Made by a program: the position numbers and the translations under genes. Shown piece by piece: positions 13,401 to 24,456 of a DNA stretch of 64,000 nt; positions within the stretch are counted from its first letter, which is position 1; the number at the start of each line of letters is the position of its first letter. The DNA lies in the NCBI GenBank assembly GCA_964304625.1, contig OZ199838.1, positions 8,953,045 through 9,017,044 on the forward strand, given 5' to 3'. Source of the DNA: Kudoa neothunni. Its lineage: Eukaryota; Animalia; Cnidaria. The notes below the pieces were generated by a model. That model did no database searches. It was not told where the DNA came from and worked only from the letters and a program-made list of their open reading frames with translations.

Positions 13401-16066
13401 TTGTTACTCAATGAAAATTATTATAATAAAATATTTTCTTTCGGCACTTTAAAAATAGTATTAAGCTGATTTAGCCTATAAAATAACAGGTTAATATTAA
13501 AGTTAGCTGTAAAAATTTCATTTAAATTTAATTGCGCCTATAATTTTTCGTGGTAAATAATTTTGATAATTTAATTGCGATTAACAAAAGTATCTTAAAT
13601 TAACAACATATTAATGAAGAAAATATTTACATTCCCTGCTAATTTAATGTAAATTATGTTACGAATAGGCATGACTAAATATTCTAAGCATGAAATTATT
13701 GTAAAATATTTTGTTAATTGTATTATTAGTTTGAATAAAAATAACCGAAGAAAAAATTCTAAGGACAATTTATTATTTTTTTTACATCGGAGTTGTATAA
13801 ATATGACGCGTTATTTCTTGTCCCACAAAATCTAGTAACACCTTCACCTTGATCAAAATATGTAAATTATCATCTTTTATGCATAATCATTGATTTTTTT
13901 AATTTATAAATCCTATTATTATGGAATACAGTCGTTTAAATTTGTTTGGATTAAATATTCATAATTATAGATTTTAACTAAATGTAATAACGTTCGTGTA
14001 ACGTACATAGTGTTAATGAAACAAAATAATTTTAATAAAATTTATTACTAACTAAGCTTCGTTCTTGCTATGGTTTTGAGCTAAACTTCTGTAGAAAGAT
14101 AAAGATACTACTTGAATTGCATAAATAAAGGCTATAGAATACGTAATAGAATAATTTGTTTAATTTACTATGTTCACATTGGCATACATAATCGCAAAGA
14201 TAACAAAAATTTCATAATTGTAATAAAAAAATATTATGATTACTACCGGGTTTTTACTCAGAATACGGACTGTGTGGAATTCAAATCCGGATTTGGAGTG
14301 ACCAAGATGCCTAAAAGAATCGAAAATCCAAACTCAACTAGCGAAATTTCGTTATATCTTGTCATTCAGAAGGGTAAATCACCGAAATAAGTTTCTCAAG
14401 ATTTAAAAATTCCACGCTCTACACTGAACGATATTATTAAAAAATACGACTTAAGTAAACTCACTTAAAAGATCAAAAGAGTAGAACAAAAAACACCAAA
14501 TTAACGAGTGATGTTCAATAAAGGCTTCTTTCTATCATTGTGGATGATCGCACTATCACTCTGAGAGGAATTATTGAAAAACTTGGAATACAAGTCTTCA
14601 ATTCTACCTTATATAAATAACTTAAAAAGTCAAATATAACTTTTCAAATGACGAGGCCGATTCCTAAGAGTAGAAATTGTTCTAGCGTAAAAGCAGAAAG
14701 GTTAGAGTATGCCAACTGGTATACTGGAATCCCCCATCAACTTAATATAGCGGTTTTTTCGAGTTGAGTTTGGATTTTCAATTCTTTTAGCCATCTTGGT
14801 TACTCCAAATCTGGATTTGAATTCCACGCAGTTCGGATTTAGAGTAAAAACCCCGGTATTATTTCATTCATTTACAATAATTTTTTTAATTGTTAGGACA
14901 AAGTGTGAATACATCTAACTATGAGAGAATTTTAATACAAATACCTTGGTATAATTAAAGCGAAAATTCATATCTATTTTTGTGCAACCTGCCATTAATT
15001 CGGAACGGAGGTGCTAATGGTTAACAGCTTATAACCTATGCTTAAAAAACCGTTAATCATAAAAAAACAAAATCTTACGAAATTATTGTTAAATTTTAAT
15101 GTAATACGTTTTTACTGTATGTAACTTACGAGGTTTTGTAGTTATTCCGTTAATTCCTTATTGAGAAATATTCTCCTGTTTTTTATATTTATTATATTCA
15201 AATCGAATTAGTGGCGTATAGGGTAATGCTAATATTTAGTTATTTAATTTTTTTAATCAATTTAGGAAAATTTCCTACATTTAATTCAAATTTTTGATAA
15301 TCGTTTACGTTAATTATTGGATTAATGGAATAAGTGTTAAGTATATATTATACAAATAAAAAACAAATAATTATAAGTACATAAATTACATATGGATAAA
15401 AAATTTTTAACTAAACAAAAAAAACTATTTTTTTAATGTTAAAATAACTCCATAGTAGGAGATTAATAAAAGAAGATCGTCGGGTCAAAGTAATTAGTTA
15501 TCGGTTATTATTCAATGTTTTAATACATGGCTTCAAAAAGTTTGTCGCAATAAATAATGGTCATAATAAGTAATGTAAATTTTGGTTTTTTAACTAGTTA
15601 GAGTACAATCATTGCTCGTCAGTCAAAAGAGGATGCGTGAGAGAATTTACATGAAAACCCCGTTTTACAATCACCTTTATTCTTTCGTTTATTATAATTT
15701 TCTCAATCAATCAAAATAATTTTGTAATTCAGTTTAAAAAATACGATTACGAAATTTTCTGTAGAAAATATTTGGATTCCGCATCATGCGTGTACAAAGA
15801 TATATTACGTGAACAGTGTCCAATATGGATGTTCAATTTGTCTACCAAATCCTTTTCATCATCATCAAGCAATTTTATTCTGTCGTAACAAATGAACACA
15901 TCCTGAGTCATTCCTTTGACTACCACTATTCCATACTTATGAATTTAGTTTAAATTTTGGAGTAAAAAATAGTAGTAATTACTTGTAAATTTTGATTATC
16001 CGTTGAAACTAATAAAGCGCACAACAAGAAACTTTTAATAATATGGTAAGCCAATGGTTTCGTCAT
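10467..16066 (-). CDS. Divergent NTPDase/CD39 (GDA1_CD39 fold)-like membrane protein, probably catalytically dead
   Basis: Exons 16066-15983, 15935-15809, 15758-15751, 15681-15651, (3472-nt intron), 12178-12064, 12019-11983, 11947-... down to the stop at 10467. Product: hydrophobic N-terminus, Q|YGIVVVKG, KWCVREA, KYSALVNEFYCLAVD, HPCVINGF, GKFNIEACSILI, CQNEKPCNF, LECFNLGVIYALL, Ser/Thr-rich stalk, C-terminal TM. These blocks are collinear with CD39. One intron needs a GA donor. Confidence 0.65.
14246..14856 (+). mobile_element. Internally deleted Tc1/IS630-like element with ~100-bp TIRs and TA TSD
   Basis: TA|CCGGGTTTTTACTC...CTCAACT (14246-~14340) is mirrored at ~14760-14856|TA. It encodes a disrupted transposase N-terminus (MPKRIENPNST...LKIPRSTLNDIIKKY...DDRTITLRGI...RNCSSVKAERLEYANW) and lacks the DDE core. 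It lies in the long intron of the NTPDase-like gene. Confidence 0.9.
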
Positions 16067-17124
16067 CACTATTTCATTACGATTAGAAATATTATTATTA
16101 ACAACAAATTTTAATTTATGATGAAGCTTAGGTTTAATAAGTTAAATTTTGGAAGAAATATGGCCACAACCGAATTAAAATTGTTTTCATATATATATTT
16201 TTATTTCTATTGTCTAATCTATTCTAAATTTTAAATAAAGAACTTTAAAAATTCGGAATCGTTGAGCTGTATATTATTTGTGACTACTAAGAAGATCCAG
16301 ATCTTAACTCATACCTGAAATGTTTTATAGTTTCTTAATGGGATCTGTGTAGATATTTTTGTCTTGATCTGTTTAAAAATATACGAAAATAGGATTTTCA
16401 AGTTATCAAAAAATTTTATTGACAAAACATTTAAAAAGTCACACATCACTGAATAAACTGATGATCAATAATCTGATCTGATGCTGCTTTGCGATCATGC
16501 GTATCGAACCTGACATACAGTAGAGAACCACTAATTCACAATCCCCTCGGGAAAGGGAAGTCACTATTTACAGGTCGGTGACGATTAATTCATAATAATT
16601 TTTGTACGTGCAAGAGATAAACATACAATGAAATATTGATTTGTTGTATTTAATTTTTAAGAATTACCAAAATTATCTGTTATTTTTATGAGCTGTTAAA
16701 TATGGTCATATGCATAAGACTCTAGTTTAGCCAGCTCCATCACTTGCAGAGTGACCGGCGATTTTGACAAATATTTTCAAATTTTAACAAGCATTAAAGC
16801 GTCTTTAGAAGGGAATTAAGGATCCATGGGATTATCTTCTATCTCTAAAAATTGGCATGACTTTCCGTATGATATAATCTTTAAATTACCACATACTGGG
16901 AACCAGGACTGCCAGGGCTTGAATTTTTTGTGGTCACCTTGGGTTCTTGGAGGCTTTTTTTATTTTTTACAACATCTTGGGTTTTTACTGAAAATCTATA
17001 AACGTTGATTAATAACACAAAATTTTATACATGGGACATTAATATTTATATTTGTATAACGTATCCTATTCAGATTATATATTGCAGGGTTTAAACATTT
17101 ACTATTTTTAACGGCAGACTATAA

Positions 17125-17445
17125 AGGGATGGTCAAACCGAGGCTCGCGAGCCGCATATGGCTCTTGGAAGTTGAAATTCGGTTTTTGAAAAATTTACAT
17201 TTGACTTATCGTTTCATTAAATTTTGCTCATAAAGTTATTTGGATACTTTGAAAGTCATAGGATCATGCAGTTATCCGGAATAAGAACGCATGAATTTAA
17301 TATCGATTCACTATTAATAAAAACGTATAGACAAAATATAAATATAATAACAAATCCTGAAATTTAAATTTTACTTCTAGTGGTTCCGAAAGATTTGAAT
17401 TTCGTTGAATGCAGCTTCTATTTTGATTAAGTCCGGCCACCCTTG
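17125..17445. mobile_element. Non-autonomous hAT (Buster) MITE
   Basis: Degenerate termini AGGGATGGTCAAAC / rc CAAGGGTGGCCGGAC, subterminal GGCTCGCGAGCCGCATATGGCTC, and 8-bp TSD gacTAtaa/gccTAtta (6/8). Confidence 0.65.
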
Positions 17446-17799
17446 GCCTATTAGATTGTTTAACTTAATACGATTCCATAATTACTCAGTAAACATTGTT
17501 GTACATTATTAGAAAATGTAAACGTTACTTTACAATATATCTTGAATTATGAGGTAATTAATTGTGAGTATACTGATCTATACTAGACATTAAGTAAGAG
17601 TAAATGTTCGCGCCAAATAATTTTAAAAAGACGACAAATTTAAATTTAACGTCTGAAGACGTAATTATTGGATCGGAAGAAGGTTAAAAAATTTAATAAA
17701 TACGATTCTCTTTTTTTATTGTACTTTAAAGTAATGTTTCCTCGACTTTGGGTTTTTAACCTCCGCTGGCATCCCTGCTGGGAACAAACTTTATTCGTT

Positions 17800-18480
17800 G
17801 TCTAATTCATCGGTTGCTTGTCGAGTTGCAAGATTATGTGGAAATGCAATTTGGTTAGAACTTACTCGTTTATTTTCCGAGGTCGTTAAGCGGAAACCAG
17901 ATTTAGGAAAGCAATTAACACTTGTTTCAAGATTAATGAATTTTAAGACTCCTTAATCAGAGCCATTGCTTCCAGCATATTTACAGATTTTATGTTCACT
18001 CATATACTTCAATATGAAGTGTATACCGTCTTACTAGGTATTTTCGAAAAGTTTGTTTAATAAAATGAATGAGATCTAAATCCATTAGTAATAGGGCTGA
18101 AATAGTGATACTGGGAAAGTAGACCATTTGTAGGTTAAAAAGGTGGATTAAAGTATATTTTCTAAAGATATGACAATGATAAGGCAGAGGTGATGTCATC
18201 TATTCCTGGTGGGTTTAAGTTGTCGATAAATGATAAAAAAGTCGTTAAGCAATTTTTATAAACGCTTTGCGGCTACAATTCCGTATTTGTTCTCATCATC
18301 GACAAGAGAAACAAAATTTAAAGAATTCCGCTTTTAAGTTAGAACGTATATTTATACATAATGTATTGAGATGAAACATGAAACTCTTTTCCAGAATATT
18401 TTTTTCTAAATATGAAATTTGAGACGTAACCAGAAAGAGATTATTGATTCTTTTTGATAGCACTTCTATATTTCCTTAAT
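17800..18480 (-). mobile_element. Probable Helitron PIF1-helicase C-terminal relic
   Basis: Broken frames give FVSLVDDENKY, FIDNLNPPG, NPPF*PTNG and CFPKSG...KRVSSNQI. These resemble the Helitron EFLNSLNPPG...LNP..GLCNG...CFSHGQLYVA.SRV blocks in the right order. Confidence 0.45.
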
Positions 18481-18862
18481 GACACTCGTACTGAGTTGAC
18501 AACTAACACCCTTAAATGAGTTTGGGGTCACTTTTGACACTAGGATAAAAACAATAGTTTTACAAATAAATTACTTAATCAAAACGGCACACATTTGAAA
18601 ATTTTTAAAATATAGTTATATAATTATAATTTTGGATGCCAATTTCACGCAATATTGAAAAATAGGACTTACACATAGGTTTCATTACAATTTTAGTGAA
18701 AAATTGAGCGTTTGTTATTATGCTCTCTAGGGCAAATGGAATATCTTTGTCTTTAATTTAAATGTCGTTTTTAGCGATATTTGATTCTGGTTAGTTATAT
18801 TGTCAACTCCATATTCATTTGGGATTTCCTCAACGAAACTAACATTATATTTTCTTATTGTT

Positions 18863-21800
18863 CAGGGGTGGGAAATTATATTTTTACAGAGGTCGTATTA
18901 ATATGAAGAAAATAAATTTGACTACATAGGTCAGGAAAAAAATTACTGTAAAACAACTTAATATTAAAGTAAACTGAACTTCACTTTAACTAAAATTTAA
19001 TAAAAAATATAAATTTGATTTTTTGAGTACTGCACAGGTATAATGCCAAATCGACAAACGGCTTTGGGTTAGTATATATAAATAAATTCATTTCGTTCAA
19101 ATCTTTATTAAATACAAGGCATCCGTTATTAATTTTTTTTCCTAAAACCCCCTAGGGTTAAAATTAAACGTTTTGTGAATGAATTCTGCGTTTAATTGGT
19201 TTTTCAATAATTTTTGTAATTATAATAGGACGCAGCAAAAAATATTTCGAGCTTATTTTTGTTCACAAACATCAAAAAATTAAATGACTTACTTTTTAAT
19301 TGATTTTTATATAGATTATTGAGTTAGGTAGTTTGTAGTGTCGTAATTTCATTGCTTAAAGTAGAGTTAATCTGTTTATAACAGTGTTTCCCACCGAAGG
19401 GGCCTAGAAATTTTTAAACGTTTGATGAATCGCTATGGTGGGATGCAGAAAATCCTGAGTATTGGTGTGTCAGAGATGATGGTGAGGTAATTGGGAAATA
19501 TGACGTACTTTGAAGCCAATATCGCTAATTTTTAATTGACGGTTCACATCATAAAAAAATACAAAAAGAAACGAATAATTATATAAAGATTAATAAAAAT
19601 AATTAACGAGTTATTCACCCGAATAGAATCAGAATGGTTTGAATCTCAATCTTGTCTCATTTAGGATAATATATTCCAATTTATTTAAATTTAATATAAT
19701 ATCGAATAATTTTTTATTTATATTATTTATTCTCCGTTTATTAGCTTCGTATACAGGAATACCTCTCCTAATGAAGGTTGGATCACCACGAGTTTTATTT
19801 GACGTTGTTTTCGACGGAATAAAGAACTAAAGATGTTAATTTTTAAAGTCTGCCTATAAATCAAGATAGATCTGATCGAATAAAATTTAATTTTAATGAG
19901 AACAAAATCTTTATATATTAATTGCCTCCAAATTTTAATGTGACTGGGAGCTTTATTCATGCCTAAAAACCGGTTAAGTTACAAAAATTAATACTTTCTG
20001 GAAAGATGGGGCATGGAACTTTTTTCGGGAAAAAGTGGGGCGCCATAAAAAAAAGTTGAGAAACACTGGTTTATAATAAGCGTCATTCCAAAAAATATAA
20101 ATAAAAAAGTTTCCTTTTACGATTTTTTGGATTTGTTAACATGCATAACTTTTGTGACGCCGCATACTTCAGTTAACTCATATTCCTCATTTCTTCAAAT
20201 AGTCGAGATATTGTTGGCCAAATTTAATAATTACAGTTGTGCAGGGATATAGACATTTTTTTGGAAAAAAGACTCAAATGCGTAATAAACCTGCTATACT
20301 TGATATCCATTGATGGCGCGTGCGTGTATGGCGATTTGATGGGTGCGCGACCTCTTTTTCTGCTTTTTTATTTATCCCCTCGTTGCATTAATAATAACTT
20401 TAATAGTGTTGGGTCTCAAGCCTTCCACGAATTGGTGCCAAAACGGAATCCCCGCTGCAGCCGTTGAGGTAAGAATTGGAAACCATGTCCTTCTTTATTC
20501 AAAGAATATTTGGTCTCGTTTCTTTATGAATTACACCTCTTGCACTATTCCTTCGATTTGGCGAAGAAACGTGGGGCCAATACACCCCTCAACATTGATC
20601 ACATTATGAAACCTTCTTATTATCGAAAGCGGCGGTACAAATTGTCAGAAATGAAGGCCGGACAACATCGGGATTTAGAGACCCTAACCCTATTTAAATT
20701 AAGGTTATATTTTGCTTAGGCACTCTCTCGCGCACTTTCAATTAACGTTATGTTTTCTTTTGGCATTTGGCGCGTATGCAACAAATAGAGACGTGCAAAA
20801 TTTTCGTAATAATTTTTGTATTGTTCACAGAGTATTTTTAAAATTAGTAAGGTAATTTAAGACAATTGTTTTTTCAACAAGAAATTTGTTATTTCTCTTG
20901 TTTTTAACGAAGTTTACTTTATTTTGCAAAAGGAGGAATTTAACTTTGGAATGTGTTCCGGTGTGATGGATCTTGAATATTTTTTTTATTTCTTTTAGAT
21001 TTTCTATTTAATTTGTTCATTTTTAGATTAACTCTCGAAGCAAACTCATGGAACTGTCCTCGACCGACAATTTAGGAGTGTTATCTTTCGTGTCATCCTT
21101 TATGACATTGGCTAATTTATTTTTCTATTATATTGTATTCTCTGGACAGCTTTATATTTCTCGTTCTTGGAAGTTCGATCCATTCTTATATCGAGTAGTT
21201 TGAATTTTTTATAATAGTTTTGCGATAAAATCTTAAATCACTTGAAATAAAGTCTGAAAATATTTTTGATTTTATTGATGCAATTGTATTCTATTCAATG
21301 TGGTGACTGATTTGAGGCCGGGCGCCTAACGATGTTTGCTTTAGAGCCACTCTTAATTCCAAATTTTTCTGACTATTTAATAATCTTCACGTTTTATTCA
21401 AGTAAGCGATAGTTTTTTCTGGTTTCCTACTGCGTATTAACCATGCCAATGTAATCAAACAACAGATTTCAGGCGAGTGATAACCATGAAGTGTGTAATA
21501 AGCATGCAATCCTATTTTTTCCAACGAAAAAATTATTTCTTAATTCTATAATTATATTTATCGATATATTTTACTCCAATCTCATGATTTATATCTATCG
21601 TTAATTCATATATTTGAATTTTCGGCACTATTTCTAAAGGTGCGCAATAACCATCCTACCGTGATATCCCTGCGCTACTGTATTTATGTTCCTAATTGTA
21701 AATTTAACTTAAACAGTTATTAAACTTGAATATAAAAATATGGCAGCTTTATGTTTACGAATGAATTAACATTATTATGGACTTTAAAATATCTTAGAGA

Positions 21801-21926
21801 GGAACTAAAATCCTAATCTATAAAAATAAATAAATTCTATAGTAAATTTTGTTATTGTTACCCGATGGCCGAGTAAAACATCATGAGGCAAGACCCTGCC
21901 CGTGGACCATATTTTACCCATCTCTG
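18863..21926 (-). mobile_element. Heavily decayed hAT (Buster) transposon
   Basis: Termini CAGGGGTGGGAAAT (18863) / rc CAGAGATGGGTAAAAT (21926). Minus-strand relic THAPSMDIKYSRFITHL...LHNC at ~20230-20330 resembles TDGAP.M.G...G....L...HC. TSD not recognisable. Confidence 0.55.
19382..20068. mobile_element. hAT MITE with perfect 8-bp TSD
   Basis: GTTTATAA|CAGTGTTTCCCA ... TGAGAAACACTG|GTTTATAA. Internal sequence is shared with 27582-27879. Confidence 0.9.
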
Positions 21927-22179
21927 TCTAAGATATCTCCAGCAAACCTTAGAAAGATTTTTGTATCAACGATAATATTTAAATTTATTTATTATATCGA
22001 AATGTTAATGCTATAATATAATTATTTATTCTTGGGTCAAACATGACCCCACACACATTTAAAGGTGAATTTAGGTCAAAACATGAATAAAACCGCAATG
22101 GATTAAAATATAAGAACAACACTTTGTAATAATAAGTAACATATGTAGAAATGGATTTGCAATAATAAATTATATTTTT

Positions 22180-22860
22180 TAATGCTCTTCAATATAGCTA
22201 TTAAGAAGTGAACTATTCTCTGGGGTCACTTTCGAACCCAAACTCAGTATGAATGTTAAATGCTTACTCTTTGACTTCAGTTGTACTTCATGGATTCCTT
22301 CGTTAGATAGAAACTTCGTCTTATAAATTATAATGCCGTGATTGGATTTAAGGCTTGCCAATCGATTTTAGATAGTCCAGCCGTATGTTCATATTATTGA
22401 TTTATCCTCCACATTTTCCAGGATGATTGTCACCGAAATATGTGGGATTTAGCAGCTTCGATATCTTTATAAAAAAGTTCCAGTCTCTATCGATACCACC
22501 TATTATCGAACATTGTTGGGTTTTTAATATCCAGTCAACAGTTTAAGATATTTTACAGTTGGCAGTCTCATCAATATGCATTATTTTTCTGTTACCTTTA
22601 ATTTTCGAATAACCATCGCAAACTGCCCAGCGTTGCTTGGGAAAGATTTCGCCTGAGGACGTTCTATTATGATAGCGCTCAAAAAATATTTTGAAATTTC
22701 GAATTAACCCATAGAAATAAAATAACAAAGAAGTTTTCAGCAACATACTTTAACGATTTGGATTATGAAATTAAAATTATGATCATTTCTTTGAAGGAGT
22801 GTTCCAATCCCGGCGTTCATTTAAAAATTTCGTGGCTCGGCACCAACGCTAAAAAAATTA
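22180..22860 (-). mobile_element. Merlin/ISXO2 (IS1595-like DDE) transposase relic
   Basis: IKGNRKIMHIDET, IIGGIDRD, IILENVEDKSII*TYGWTI*N.L...HGII...KF..NEGIH match the Merlin IGG.GK.VEIDES / WV.GGI.R / I.TDGW..Y..L....H..VNH..F...G.HT motifs. Confidence 0.75.
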
Positions 22861-24456
22861 GGGTTAGCATCATATTTTGTTCGTTCCTGAATTATTTAAA
22901 TCCCGTTAAAGTGTAATCTAAAACGTTGTTTTTCGGCCAGAGGGATTTATGAAAGTCAAATTCTGGCCCAGTTCGGAAACTGTGCGCACCGCTAAGTTTT
23001 TAAGAGAAAAAAATAGTAAAAGTAATAGAGATAGAAGAAAACGTATGAAAATTAATTGATATTGCTAAAATTAGCATCGCTTGGCCCGGCATAAACATTA
23101 GTGCACTTTTCTCAAACAAATAACAAAAATCGCTTCGATATCAACATAAATATTTCATATAATTAGATGAAATAAGAGTACCACTATCTGCATTGAATTT
23201 AATCACTGGAAGTTCAACATTGCGGGCGATTTCAACTAAATTTACGGCCACAATGCTTGGATTTTAAAGGTTCAATCTACCTGATTGTAGAATTCCTCAC
23301 CAAATCGCTATTAATGATGCAAACATAGACTTATTCTCATATTTTAAACCATTAATAGAACTTTTAGAATATACTTATCAAGTCACATACGTTAAAACTC
23401 TCTACCGAAGAAGTGAATCCGTGCAAAACCCCAAATATACACACCAAAATTACATAAAAAGTCAGATAGCAGAAGTTAATCAGAATTTGATGAAGTGTAT
23501 AAGGAGGAAAGTTAACTTCATCCAACCATCAGCAGGTGTTAATCCTATTGTTGAATTCAAGTAATCCGTTTAACAAACTTTGAATCGACAAAATCACCAT
23601 TTTTTAAACACTTATAGGAACATTTGGTAACGTGAAAACTATTGAATGATTTTTTGAAACATTGTGATTTTTAAAAAATTTCATAAATGTCTCTCTATAA
23701 GGAAAAAAATTTCGACGCACATGTACACTTCAGCTTTGTATATACAGTAGATAGATAAGATAGCCTCATTTTGGAGTAAAAAATGTGTTTCACTCCACTT
23801 TTTAATAATTGAAAACAATTAAAATAACTAAATTAAATTATTTCAGTCCCTCTGAGGAATATCTGTAACATATTAAACGTACTTTTAGACTACACAAAGA
23901 TGTATATTTTCTGCAGCAATAAGATGTATTTACATTCCAAAAAGGAGTTGTTAATGTGAGATCAAACAATGTTATAAATATTAAATGGGATGTTTGTTAT
24001 ATGACACTTATGTACGATTTAGAACATTATCATCAGGGAGACAACAACAATAAACTCTTATAATAATGAATCATTTACTTTGAAAGATGGTTTATGAATA
24101 AGTACGAAATTATTTAATCGAAAAGAAAATAAGTCCATACATATGAGTTTAGCACGCCCGATTTAAAATAAGTTGGATTACTGTTCGCAGGAAAAGACTA
24201 TCTATAACGTAAGTATTAATCCCAGAAACTTTACTTACAAGCCAAATACAAATTTAATTTGTTAGAATCTGCATAATATTAATTATTGCTGGCTTACCAA
24301 TTCCCCCATAAGGGCCAAAAATAATTAAATATAATCAAAACGAATGAAACCTGAATATTATATAACATACAAATAGCGACTTTCGTGTTTATATTCTTAT
24401 ATTTTGAAGATTAGGGCTGCACGTTTCGTTAATTCACTTTTAGGGTTTAGTGTGTG

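Larger units (their letters stand above)
18507..22067 (-). mobile_element. piggyBac-like deleted element hosting nested hAT elements
   Basis: ~36-bp TIRs CACCCTTAAATGAGTTTGGGGTCACTTTTGACACTAG / rc CACCTTTAAATGTGTGTGGGGTCATGTTTGACCCAAG. Minus-strand relic YGVDNI...KIF/ALESIITNA at ~18710-18820. The TTAA TSD is degenerate. Confidence 0.6.

Noticed and set aside
16458-16480. Hammerhead ribozyme core (CTGATGA)
   Set aside because: No GAAA after the putative stem II.
24410-24450. TTAGGG-like motifs near gene starts (also 20683, 39888)
   Set aside because: Isolated one- or two-unit matches, not a telomeric array; a promoter role cannot be supported.
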